From contig JAGWAO010000023.1 in assembly GCA_021296315.1 (NCBI GenBank), positions 19,855-83,854 on the forward strand: a stretch of 64,000 nucleotides of DNA, in the 5' to 3' direction. This DNA is from Acidimicrobiia bacterium (GTDB taxonomy: Bacteria > Actinomycetota > Acidimicrobiia > Acidimicrobiales > Aldehydirespiratoraceae). The notes under the pieces are model-generated. The model was not told the origin of the DNA. It did not search any database and saw nothing but the letters and a program-made list of their open reading frames with translations. Positions 50,389-59,204 of this stretch are shown piece after piece (the stretch's first letter is position 1; each line of letters begins with the position of its first letter). A program made the translations under genes and the position numbers.

Positions 50389-50435
50389 GAACTGGCAGCG
50401 AAATGCACGCCATGCGAGCACAACGCTGCCAGTTC
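50389..50435. repeat. REP-like hairpin, GAAYTGGCAGC family, copy 2 (loop inverted relative to copies 3 and 4)
   Basis: GAACTGGCAGC, a 25-nt loop, then GCTGCCAGTTC. Both arms carry the C/G variant, so pairing is preserved. Confidence 0.7.
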
Positions 50436-50440
50436 CGTTG

Positions 50441-50589
50441 GAGGCCGAGCGGGTAGGCGAGCGAACTCGGTCCATACGGGCGAGGCTGTGGGCTGGGTTG
50501 CTGGTCTGGGAGGCCCGTGAGCGCAGCGAACAAGAGCGGGAAGTACCCCGCCCGGACGCGACGGGTCTGCACCTACCCGCGCACGCTCT
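50441..50589 (+). mobile_element. GAGCG-rich MITE-like repeat, copy D (149 bp)
   Basis: GAGGCCGAGCGGGTAGGCGAGCG...CATACGGGCGAGGC...CCCGTGAGCGCAGCGAACAAGAGCGGGAAG...CACCTACCCGCGCACGCTCT. It ends 10 nt from the PhyH-2 stop. Confidence 0.85.
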
Positions 50590-50598
50590 TTGTCGCGC

Positions 50599-51561
50599 CT
50601 AGTCGGCGATGTCGGAGACGAAGCGGCGAGCGTCGGTGTTGTTCTCGGCGACCTGGCCGATGGTCCTGGCCTTGGCCGTGCCTCCCCGCAGCGCGGCCAG
50701 CGGATCGGTCTGGTCGCCCACGTATCCGAGAGCGAAAGCGCCCTGGGTGTAGCCCATCATGCGCAACAGGTCGTCGTCGAGGGTTCGGGCGATCTCCGGC
50801 GGGCAGGCCAGGTACTGGTTCTCCTCCTGACGCACCCAACCCACCGCGTAGGTGATGTTGACGCCACGCCGGACGCCAGTGGAAGTGTTGGCTCCGGCGC
50901 CGTGGAGCACCTTGCCCTCGTAGAAGAGCACGCTTCCACGACGCATCTGAGCCTGGGCGCCAGCCACCGCCTGAGCCGCCTCGTCGTCGGTACCGGACGT
51001 GCCGGGCAGGATCCAGGTCGCCCCGTTGTCGGCGGTGAAGTCGGTCAGCGCCCACATGGTGTTGCACTGAACGTGATAATCGACGCCGAAGTCGAAGAAG
51101 TCGAAGGCCATCTCGTCGCGGTGGAGCTTCTGGGCGGTCTCGCCCGGCTCGACCGAGATGATCTGGGTGAGGTGCAACTGCACCGCGCTGGCATGGCCGA
51201 GGAAGTGGCTCACCGCCTCCACGACGAGGGGGTGCATCACCAGCGGGCGCACCGACGGGCAGCGGGCCACCAGCGCTCCGGTGCGGCGGGTGAGTCGGCC
51301 GTCATAGGTGTCGCGACCGACGGCCGACGCCTCGATGTGAGGCATGGCCTCGGCCTCCAGCCGGTCCAGCAGCCCCTGGTCGGCCACGTCGTCCACGATG
51401 GCGTAGCCGACGCGACGCAGATGGTCGCTCACCTCGACCGGATCGACATGGGACGCGAAGTGATGCAAGCCCACGCCGGCATGGTAGGGCCACCCAGCCA
51501 ACGCCACCCCAATCCGAGATCGGTGCGAGAATCGTGCCCCCAGGGACAGTTTCATCATCAA
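50599..51561 (-). CDS. Phytanoyl-CoA dioxygenase (PhyH) family protein, paralog 2
   Basis: KLHRDEM ... VLHGAGAN ... GWVRQEENQYL. The start could instead be GTG 51474. Confidence 0.8.
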   Translation of the reverse strand: MMMKLSLGARFSHRSRIGVALAGWPYHAGVGLHHFASHVDPVEVSDHLRRVGYAIVDDVADQGLLDRLEAEAMPHIEASAVGRDTYDGRLTRRTGALVARCPSVRPLVMHPLVVEAVSHFLGHASAVQLHLTQIISVEPGETAQKLHRDEMAFDFFDFGVDYHVQCNTMWALTDFTADNGATWILPGTSGTDDEAAQAVAGAQAQMRRGSVLFYEGKVLHGAGANTSTGVRRGVNITYAVGWVRQEENQYLACPPEIARTLDDDLLRMMGYTQGAFALGYVGDQTDPLAALRGGTAKARTIGQVAENNTDARRFVSDIAD

Positions 51562-51593
51562 CTTGGCGGGAGGCGCCGTCTAGCCTCGACCGC

Positions 51594-52490
51594 ATGCCGG
51601 GCACCGACGCTTCGCCATCAGTTTCAGCGGCCACCAGGCTGGTGGTGCACGCCGACGACGTCGGCATGAACCACGGAGCCAACCGGGCCTTCATCGAGCT
51701 GTCGCATTTCGGCACCATCACGGCCGGCTCGGTGATGGTGCCTTGCCCGTGGTTCAGCGAGGTCGCCGAGGCGGCCGCGTCCGACGCCAGCCTCGACTGC
51801 GGAGTTCACCTGACCCTCAACTCCGAGATGACCCACTACCGGTGGGGTCCGATCACCCGGCCGGGGGCGGCGTCGGGACTCATCGACGACCACGGCTACC
51901 TGTGGTCCGACGTGTCCTCCGTGCGCCGCCACGCCCACCCTGACGCCGTCGAAGCCGAGTGGCGGGCCCAGGTCGACCGGGCGCTGGCCGCGGGCATCGA
52001 CGTCACCCACCTCGACACGCACATGGGCTCGGCCGTCGCGCCCGAATGGTGCGACCGCTACGTGTCGCTGGGCATCGAACTAGGCATCCCGGTGCTGCTG
52101 ACGGGCGAACTCGACGCATACGGACCCAACAATCACCTCGCCGGAGCGGGCCATGGTCCCTACCAGGAGGCGGTGGCCGATGCCAGGGCCGCGGGCATGC
52201 CGGTGTTCGACAGGGTGCTGGAGACCGACTTCTCGCGGCCCCGCGACCAACCTGCCGACTACCGGGCCATGCTCGGCAGCCTCGAAGCCGGCCTCACCTA
52301 CTGCGCCTTCCACCCCAACGCGCCCGGCGGAGCCGAGATCGAGGCCATCGAGCCGAACAAGTGCCATGTCCGCACCGACGAGTACGAGCTGTTCGGCACC
52401 GCCGCATGGAAGGAGTGGCTCGAGTCCCGCCCCTACGGGCTGACCACCATGCGCGAGCTGCGAGATGGCTGGCGCGCCGGGAGCAGCTAG
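51594..52490 (+). CDS. ChbG/HpnK (YdjC) family carbohydrate deacetylase
   Basis: From ATG 51594: RLVVHADDVGMNHGANRAF (Asp-Asp metal site) ... HLDTHMG. Confidence 0.75.
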   Translation: MPGTDASPSVSAATRLVVHADDVGMNHGANRAFIELSHFGTITAGSVMVPCPWFSEVAEAAASDASLDCGVHLTLNSEMTHYRWGPITRPGAASGLIDDHGYLWSDVSSVRRHAHPDAVEAEWRAQVDRALAAGIDVTHLDTHMGSAVAPEWCDRYVSLGIELGIPVLLTGELDAYGPNNHLAGAGHGPYQEAVADARAAGMPVFDRVLETDFSRPRDQPADYRAMLGSLEAGLTYCAFHPNAPGGAEIEAIEPNKCHVRTDEYELFGTAAWKEWLESRPYGLTTMRELRDGWRAGSS

Positions 52491-52668
52491 ACAGAATCCG
52501 CTCGCGGGCGGCCAGCTTCGTGGCTAGAGTCATCCGCCGATCGCCGAAGCCCGTCGCCCTGCGCGACGGCTAGGCCCCTGGGTCGGAGCGCCCACACGAA
52601 GTCTCGCTCCCTTCGCCACCGCCAGCCCTTCGCGGCGGCGACCACTCCATGCCAAAAGGAGCGCGCAT

Positions 52669-53301
52669 ATGACCCCGTCCGTACCCATGGCCGGAACCCT
52701 TCAGATAGCGGCTGCCCTGGTCTTCCACCTACCGGGCGCCCGACTCGAGCTGACCAGTCCCAGCGGCCACCGTTGCTCGATCGGACCGATGACCGACCCT
52801 CGCTGCACACTGCACCCTGCCGAGTTCCGCGAACTGGTCCTGGCCGCCGGCAACGGTCAGATGCTCGGCACGCTGCTGGGCTTCGCCCTGATGGATGAGC
52901 CGACGCTGACCCTCACGTCATCCAGCATCGACATGGACCACCTCGGAGCCGGCCTGTACCGGGTGGTGGGGTGCGAAACCACCTCGTACGCCTTCACCAC
53001 GTCGCTGCTCGCATCCCAGGTCGACGACCTGCTGGCCAGCCTGAACACCGCTCCGGCCGCCGGATGCGTCATGGACGTCGCAGGAGACCCCAACGACGGC
53101 GGGGTGGCGCTGTGCGTGAGCCTCGTACGGGACGACGGGCTCGGCGTGACGCTGGTGGTAATCAGTCCTTTCAACACAAGGGACCTTCCCCGCTGTGAAG
53201 CCGTCGCTCGAGCCTCTGTGTCGGCCTGCCTGATTGCCGAGATGGAGCAGCTGACTCACTGCCTGGACGAGACCCCCTCCGATAGGGCCTCTGGCTCCTA
53301 G
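52669..53301 (+). CDS. Hypothetical protein (210 aa)
   Basis: ATG is preceded by AAAGGAG. No family recognised. Confidence 0.5.
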   Translation: MTPSVPMAGTLQIAAALVFHLPGARLELTSPSGHRCSIGPMTDPRCTLHPAEFRELVLAAGNGQMLGTLLGFALMDEPTLTLTSSSIDMDHLGAGLYRVVGCETTSYAFTTSLLASQVDDLLASLNTAPAAGCVMDVAGDPNDGGVALCVSLVRDDGLGVTLVVISPFNTRDLPRCEAVARASVSACLIAEMEQLTHCLDETPSDRASGS

Positions 53302-54389
53302 CCGTTGGGGAGCAGGACCGTGCGGGCCTCAGCGCCCGTCTTGAGGGCGTCGAAGGCGTCCTGGAGGCCGTCGAGGCCGGCGGTGCGGGAGATCATCTCG
53401 TCGAGCTTCAGCCGGCCCCGCAGGTAGAGCTCGGCCAGCATGGGAAAGTCCTTGCGGGGCCGGGCCCCGCCGGCCCGGATGCCGAGCAGGCTCTTGTTCT
53501 GGTGCAGGTCCAGGAACGGGTAGGTGACCTTGGCCCCCAGGTCCGGAACCCCCACCGCGCACACGTTGCCCCCGGGGCGGGTCATCGAGATGGCCTGGGC
53601 CAGCAGCGCAGTGCTGCCCACCACCTCGAAGGCGTGGTGAACCCCCGCGGGGCAAAGCGACTTGACCGCAGCTACCGGGTCGAAGTCGTCGCCTTCGGCC
53701 AGTACGAAGTCGGTGGCGCCGAACTCCCGTGCCAGCGCCTCCTTGGCCGCCACCCGATCGATGGCGATGATGGCGGAGGCGCCCACCAGACGGGCGGCCT
53801 GGATCACGTTGAGGCCCACCCCACCAGCGCCGATCACGGCCACGGTGTCGCCGATCTGCACCCTGGCCCGGTTGAACACCGCGCCGGTGCCGGTGACTAC
53901 GCCGCAGCCGATCAACGCGGCCGCGGACAGGGGCATCTCCGCGGGGATGGGGATGCACTGGTTCTCGCCGACCACGGTCTGCTGGGTGAACGCCCCGATG
54001 TTGGCGAAGTTGTAGATGGGCCGCCCGTTCTCCGCGAAGGGCTGGCTCAGCGACCCCAGCGCCACGTTGGTGCAGTTGCCCGGATCGCCGCCCTCGCAAT
54101 CCGGACAGTGGCCGCAGTTGCCGAAGGTGGACAGGATCACGTGGTCGCCGACGGAGCAGTAGGTGACGGCCGAGCCCGCCTCGACCACAATCCCGGCTGC
54201 CTCGTGGCCGGGCACCAGGGGGGTGGGCATGTAGTACTTGCCCAGCACGCAACTCAGATCGCTGCCGCAGACTCCGGCGGCCCGGATCTCGACCCGGACC
54301 TGGCGAGGCGACAAAGAGCCCACAAGCTCCAGGTCTCCGGACAGGCGGACGCTGTCCTCGGTGGTGCCCTCCAGTATCAGTCCCTGCAC
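53298..54389 (-). CDS. Zinc-dependent alcohol dehydrogenase (MDR family)
   Basis: From GTG 54389: GVCGSDL, GHEAAG, structural Zn site CGHCPDCEGGDPGNC, and GAGGVG Rossmann motif. 363 aa. Confidence 0.85.
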   Translation of the reverse strand: MQGLILEGTTEDSVRLSGDLELVGSLSPRQVRVEIRAAGVCGSDLSCVLGKYYMPTPLVPGHEAAGIVVEAGSAVTYCSVGDHVILSTFGNCGHCPDCEGGDPGNCTNVALGSLSQPFAENGRPIYNFANIGAFTQQTVVGENQCIPIPAEMPLSAAALIGCGVVTGTGAVFNRARVQIGDTVAVIGAGGVGLNVIQAARLVGASAIIAIDRVAAKEALAREFGATDFVLAEGDDFDPVAAVKSLCPAGVHHAFEVVGSTALLAQAISMTRPGGNVCAVGVPDLGAKVTYPFLDLHQNKSLLGIRAGGARPRKDFPMLAELYLRGRLKLDEMISRTAGLDGLQDAFDALKTGAEARTVLLPNG

Positions 54390-54442
54390 GGCGCGGTCTC
54401 CTCTGTCGCCATCGCGGTCCTCCGGCCTGGACGACGATTCTC

Positions 54443-55540
54443 TCAGATGTGGGCCTTCATGCGCTCGGCCGCGCCCCAGCGCGCGGCTGCGTCGATCGTG
54501 CCTTGGAACATGGCCTTGAAGCGGCGGTGGGCCCGGGCCTCCTCGCCGTACTGCACCGTGTCCATGAACGGTATGTGCGACACCGACACCCAGAAGAAGG
54601 CGGACCAAGCCAGGTCCTCGAGCAGGTCCTCCTCGCTCCACCGGGGCCCGCCGGCCGCGGCCAGCTCGCCGCGGTAGTGGTCGAGCAGCTCGGACTCGCG
54701 GGCCAGGGTCTCGTCGTTGTGGCTGGCCATCAGCAGCCATCCCAGGTCCATCCCGGGGAACGACCGCATCGCCGACTGCCAGTCCACGATCACCGGTCCG
54801 TCGGCCCGGAACAGGATGTTGTCGAGTTCGTAGTCCTGGTGGATCAGCGTCCACGGCCGCCGGGCGAAGCGTCCGAGCCAGCTAGGGACGTCGGACAGGA
54901 AGGTCTCCACCATCGCCACGAGATCGTCGGAGTGGTACTGCGGGTACTGCTCGCGGATGTTGCTCCAACTCGCGAGGGCGCGGGGTATGCCGGCCAACAG
55001 ATTCGGTGCGCTCCAGTCGATCAGCCAGTCCTGGTTGGTCAGCGACTCGTCCATCCAGTAGGCGCCGTGCATCCGGGCCACGTCACTGACCAGGGTGCGC
55101 ATCCGCTCGAAGGTGGTGCCATCGAGGATGTCGCCCTTGGTGGCCGGATGGATCCGCTCGATGACCAGGGTGGCGGCGTGGGTCTCAGGGTCGAACAGGT
55201 TGACGAAGCATCTCGGGATGCTCATGTTCGTGCGGGCCGCGACCTGCCCCGCCAGATGGTCGTAGAAGCCGTTCTCGCGCTGGTACGACACCATCACCTG
55301 GGCGTTCTGACGGGCGAACTCGTCGTCCTTGGGGCACTTGGCCACGAATTCGGCCGGCAGGTCGGTGTCGTCGGCATAGCTGACCGAGACGATCACCACT
55401 TCACCCATGGCGCCCACGAAACCGTCCATTGGGCGTACCTCGACCGCGGAGATGGGCGGCGGGGCGTGCCCGGCCTCGGCGAGCGCTCCTTCGAGCCATT
55501 GCGGAGTCATCGCCGACACTGAATTGAGGATCTCAGTCAT
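54443..55540 (-). CDS. Phosphotransferase-family (APH/CHK-like) kinase
   Basis: The Brenner-type motif LIHQDYELDNILF is present. The ATG overlaps the upstream stop (ATGA). 365 aa. Confidence 0.7.
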   Translation of the reverse strand: MTEILNSVSAMTPQWLEGALAEAGHAPPPISAVEVRPMDGFVGAMGEVVIVSVSYADDTDLPAEFVAKCPKDDEFARQNAQVMVSYQRENGFYDHLAGQVAARTNMSIPRCFVNLFDPETHAATLVIERIHPATKGDILDGTTFERMRTLVSDVARMHGAYWMDESLTNQDWLIDWSAPNLLAGIPRALASWSNIREQYPQYHSDDLVAMVETFLSDVPSWLGRFARRPWTLIHQDYELDNILFRADGPVIVDWQSAMRSFPGMDLGWLLMASHNDETLARESELLDHYRGELAAAGGPRWSEEDLLEDLAWSAFFWVSVSHIPFMDTVQYGEEARAHRRFKAMFQGTIDAAARWGAAERMKAHI

Positions 55541-56319
55541 GGGTTCTCCCCGTTGTCCGGCACCCATTCGGGGGTGCGCTTGTTCAAGAAGGCGTCCATG
55601 CCCTCGGCCGCCTCGTCGCTGGCGAACAGCTCAGCAGACAGCCGCTCGGCCCAGGCGAGGGCGTCGTCGGAGTCCATCTCAGGGACTCGGGCCACGAGTT
55701 GTTTGGTGGCGGCCAGCGCGGAGGGCCCTCCCGCCAGCAGATCGGCGACCACCGACTCCACCTCGGCGTCGAGGCTCGCCTCGGGCACGGCCGCGTTGAT
55801 GAGGCCCAGGCGGGCGGCCTCGGCGGCACTGAAGCGGTTGCCCCGCAGGAAGGCCGCGGTCGCCTCCGCCCGGCGCATCTTGGGCAGGCACAGCACCGAG
55901 ATCATGGCTGGAGCCACCCCCACCCGGACCTCGGTGAAACCGAACTTGGTGTCGTCACGGGCGATCGAGATGTCCATGGCCGCGGCCAGGCCCATCCCGC
56001 CGGCCACGCAGTGTCCCGCGATGCGTCCCACGTATGGCTTGGGAGACCTCCGGAACCGGCTGAAGAGTTCGCTGGCCTTGACCACCACCGGGTTGTCGTC
56101 GGCGGGAGCCGAGCTCTCCCGTAGATCGGCACCGGCGCAGAACACCCGTCCCGCGTTGGTTAGCACGACCACCCGCACGGCCGGGTCGGCGTCGGCGTCA
56201 TCGAGTGCGGCGGTGAACTCGGCCAGCATCCGGCGGTTCAGGGCATTGCGGTTGGCCTCATCCGCCAACGTGACCGTGACCACGCCCCGGTCGTCGCGGG
56301 CCGTCTCGACCAGACTCAC
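55537..56319 (-). CDS. Enoyl-CoA hydratase/isomerase (crotonase) family protein
   Basis: VVLTNAGRVFCAGADL oxyanion-hole region and IAGHCVAGGMGLA. GTG 56319 is preferred, because the longer ORF N-terminus lies inside repeat copy E. Confidence 0.85.
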   Translation of the reverse strand: MSLVETARDDRGVVTVTLADEANRNALNRRMLAEFTAALDDADADPAVRVVVLTNAGRVFCAGADLRESSAPADDNPVVVKASELFSRFRRSPKPYVGRIAGHCVAGGMGLAAAMDISIARDDTKFGFTEVRVGVAPAMISVLCLPKMRRAEATAAFLRGNRFSAAEAARLGLINAAVPEASLDAEVESVVADLLAGGPSALAATKQLVARVPEMDSDDALAWAERLSAELFASDEAAEGMDAFLNKRTPEWVPDNGENP

Positions 56320-56338
56320 GGCTCGCTCCGGTTCGCCA

Positions 56339-56530
56339 AGAACGTGCGCGGGTAGGTGATGGCGCCTCGCCATGCGGCGGCGCCATTCCCGCTCTTGTTC
56401 GCTGCGCTCACGGGCCGCTCGGGCCGTGTCTCCCGCTCTTTTTCGTTGCGCTCACGGGCCGCTCGGGCCCGCGGCCTCGCTGAGGGTCCCGCCAATACCC
56501 TCATGAATCGCCGCCTATCCGCTCGGCCTC
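56339..56530 (-). mobile_element. GAGCG-rich MITE-like repeat, copy E (192 bp, core tandemly duplicated)
   Basis: The reverse complement reads GAGGCCGAGCGGATAGGCGGCG...[GGCCCGAGCGGCCCGTGAGCGCAACGAAAAAGAGCGGGA]GACAC[GGCCCGAGCGGCCCGTGAGCGCAGCGAACAAGAGCGGGA]...CACCTACCCGCGCACGTTCT. The 39-nt units lie at 56387-56425 and 56431-56469. Confidence 0.85.
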
Positions 56531-57319
56531 TGCGGGCCCGTCGGTGGGCGGCCCGGCGAAGGCCTGAGCCATGGACAACCACTCGCGAGCCCGCTCCCCG
56601 GAGACCTGCAAGGCCGTGTCGGTCACGTTGCGGCGCTGGGTCACTACGAGGCAGAAGTCGAGAGCCGGGCCCTTCACCGCGTTGTCTCCGGCTACGCTGG
56701 CGTCACCCCAGGCCCACAGATCCCCCGCCGGAGCGGTCAGCTCCACACGGACATCGCCCTCGGGTGGGGTCAGGCCCCGGTTCACGTAGGACCACCCTCT
56801 AGTGATGCAGCCGAGCTGGGCCACGTGGCGGAGCCGGTGGGTGGGCTCGCGATGCGCGCCCACCGTGTCGCACACATCGGTGCCGTGGGCCCACGCCTCC
56901 ATGAGCCGGGCGGTGACGAAGGACTTGGCCCCCATCGAGGGCCCGTACCAGCTCACCCGGTCGCGCTCGCCGAGCGTGCCGACCGCTTCGGCCAGGTCCG
57001 ATCGGCCTTGCCGCCAGTGCTCCAAGCGGCCGGGGACGCCCAGGCTTCGGAAGTCGCCCAGGGTGAAGTCGTCACCCGAGGTCTTGCTCACCAGCGACGC
57101 CTCCATGAGACGCCCGGCCTCGGTCGAGAACGCATCCGGGTCGCGGATGGCCAGTGCGGCTGCCCGGTCGAAGTAGCACAGGTGGCCGATCTGGTCGGTC
57201 ACCGACCAGCGGGGGCTCGGGGTGGGCAGATCCCAGTCGCCCTCGTGGAACGACGCCACGACTTCGTCGAGGCTTGCCTGCTCGTCGAGCAGGTCTTTCA
57301 GGAGGTCTGCCAACTTCAC
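56501..57319 (-). CDS. Mycothiol-maleylpyruvate-isomerase-like (DinB_2/TIGR03084-type) protein
   Basis: N-terminal DinB-like helix bundle with WSVTDQIGHLCYFD. 272 aa. The last ~10 codons and the stop lie inside repeat copy E. Confidence 0.65.
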   Translation of the reverse strand: MKLADLLKDLLDEQASLDEVVASFHEGDWDLPTPSPRWSVTDQIGHLCYFDRAAALAIRDPDAFSTEAGRLMEASLVSKTSGDDFTLGDFRSLGVPGRLEHWRQGRSDLAEAVGTLGERDRVSWYGPSMGAKSFVTARLMEAWAHGTDVCDTVGAHREPTHRLRHVAQLGCITRGWSYVNRGLTPPEGDVRVELTAPAGDLWAWGDASVAGDNAVKGPALDFCLVVTQRRNVTDTALQVSGERAREWLSMAQAFAGPPTDGPAEAERIGGDS

Positions 57320-57333
57320 GGGTCCGCGGGTCC

Positions 57334-57361
57334 CTTCCTAGGAAGTTGTCGTCCTAGGAAG
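57334..57361. promoter_or_regulatory. Two palindromic operator-like sites (CTTCCTAGGAAG and TCCTAGGAAG)
   Basis: A 12-bp perfect palindrome at 57334-57345 and a second copy at 57352-61 lie in the 118-bp gap between AtuA and the DinB-like gene. Confidence 0.45.
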
Positions 57362-57437
57362 ATACCGCGTATCAACGCCGTCGCGCTGACCAATCTGCCG
57401 ACCAGTCTTCCGTGCCTCCTGGCTGCCGCCTGTCCGG

Positions 57438-59204
57438 TCAGCCTCCGAGCAAGCCCTCGGGAACTTCCACCACCCGGGCCCGGAGCCATTCACCGAGGCT
57501 CTTGGCCTGCGCGTCCTGGCGGTCCGAGGCGGCTACCCCGTCGCCGAGCAGGCCGTGGATCACGAAGTTGAGAGACCAGATGTTTCCGAGCCGGTGCCGG
57601 TCCACCCGCAGCGGTGCCGCCTCCGGCAGCAGCTCGCGCAGACGCTCCGTGCTCAGGAAGCCGTCAAGCCACTCGAAGGCATCGGCGGAGCGGGCGAAGA
57701 CACCCAGGTTGGCGTTTCCGCCCTTGTCCCCCGAGCGGGTGCCGACAACCCGGCCCAGCGGCGCTGGCACCGTGGAGCCCCAGTCCCGGCCCTCGGCGGC
57801 AGGGGTGGGGGAGGGAATCGGCGACGCCGGCGCGGCCGCGGCCGGCACCGGATCGACGACGGTGCGCTCGCCGTCGAGGAAGGTCACGTACTGGGGCACG
57901 GCCTCGGCCGGCACGGTGGCCGGCCGGTAGATGCCGAAGGCCCGTCCCCGGGCTGCGGAGCCCGCCGAGAACATTCCCGGGATGGTGGCCAGGGCCAACT
58001 CGTTCATGGCGTCCGACAGGGTGCGCCCGAGCCGGTCCTCGTCGTGGTCGAACACGATGAGCCGCCACACCGCGACGGCCTCCTCGTTGGTGGCCGGATC
58101 GCTCTTGTCGGTGCGCACCACCCGCTCGGTGACTTTGGCGTAATCGCCCGGGTCGTGGGGGCAGGCCCGCCAGAAGGCGTCGTGCACCAGGGCCGCCTTG
58201 GCCTCGATGTCGAGTCCGGTGAGAGCGACGTTGATCTCGCTGCGGAAGCCGCCCAGCTCGTTGGTGGCCACCTTGAGTGTGGGCGGGGGTGGCTCGCCCC
58301 GCACCGAGTCCATCCTCACCCGGTCGACACCGGTCTGGGCGAGCCGGATGGTGTCGAAGCGGGTGGTCACGTCGGGGCCCAGATAGCCGGGCGCGTCGAT
58401 CTCGTAGAGCAGCTGCGCGGTGACCGTCCCAACCGTGACCGCACCGCCGGTGCCGTCGTGTTTGCCGATCACCGAGGAGCCGTCGGCCGCGATCTCGGCC
58501 CACGGGAAGCCGGTGCGGGCCATGCCCTCCACCTCGGTGAAGAACGAATAGTTGCCGCCCGTCGCCTGGGTGCCGCACTCGATCACGTGCCCGGCTGCCA
58601 CCGCGCCGGCTAGGGCGTCCCAGTCGTCGATGGCCCAGCCGTGGTGCCAGGCCGCGGGACCGCATGCCACCGCCGCGTCGGTGACCCGCCCCGTCACCAC
58701 GATGTCGGCGCCGCGGCGGAGGGCCTCCGCTATGCCCCAGCCCCCCAGGTAGGCGTTGGCGGTGATCAGCTTCGACGTGTCGGTCATGGGCTCGCCGGTG
58801 GCGAACGACCGGAGCGTCACCGCGTCGGCCGCGTCGGCGGCGAGGCGCGCCATGAGGTCGTCGCCCTCCACGCAAGCGATCCTCGGGTCCAGACGCAATC
58901 GCTCGGCCACCTCGGCGACCGCCTGCGCGCAGCCGCGGGGATCGAGCCCGCCCGCGTTGGACACCACCTTGATGCCCCCGTCCAGACAAGTGCCCATCAC
59001 CTGCTCCATCTGCTTGACGAAGCTGCGGGCGTACCCGCCGCCGGGTCGTCTGGAACGGGTGCGAGCCAGTATCAGCATGGTCAGCTCGGCCAGCCAGTCC
59101 CCCGTGAGGACATCGATGGACCCGCCGTTCACCATCTCGGCCGCAGCCGACAGCCGGTCGCCGTAGAAGCCGGAGCAGTTGGCGATCCGGATCGGCTCAG
59201 CCAC
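57438..59204 (-). CDS. atuA: AtuA-like acyclic terpene utilisation protein (DUF1446)
   Basis: MAEPIRIANCSGFYGDRLSAAAEMV...IDVLTGDWLAELTM is the DUF1446 N-terminal signature. The GTG overlaps the carboxylase alpha stop (GTGGCTGA). Confidence 0.75.
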   Translation of the reverse strand: MAEPIRIANCSGFYGDRLSAAAEMVNGGSIDVLTGDWLAELTMLILARTRSRRPGGGYARSFVKQMEQVMGTCLDGGIKVVSNAGGLDPRGCAQAVAEVAERLRLDPRIACVEGDDLMARLAADAADAVTLRSFATGEPMTDTSKLITANAYLGGWGIAEALRRGADIVVTGRVTDAAVACGPAAWHHGWAIDDWDALAGAVAAGHVIECGTQATGGNYSFFTEVEGMARTGFPWAEIAADGSSVIGKHDGTGGAVTVGTVTAQLLYEIDAPGYLGPDVTTRFDTIRLAQTGVDRVRMDSVRGEPPPPTLKVATNELGGFRSEINVALTGLDIEAKAALVHDAFWRACPHDPGDYAKVTERVVRTDKSDPATNEEAVAVWRLIVFDHDEDRLGRTLSDAMNELALATIPGMFSAGSAARGRAFGIYRPATVPAEAVPQYVTFLDGERTVVDPVPAAAAPASPIPSPTPAAEGRDWGSTVPAPLGRVVGTRSGDKGGNANLGVFARSADAFEWLDGFLSTERLRELLPEAAPLRVDRHRLGNIWSLNFVIHGLLGDGVAASDRQDAQAKSLGEWLRARVVEVPEGLLGG

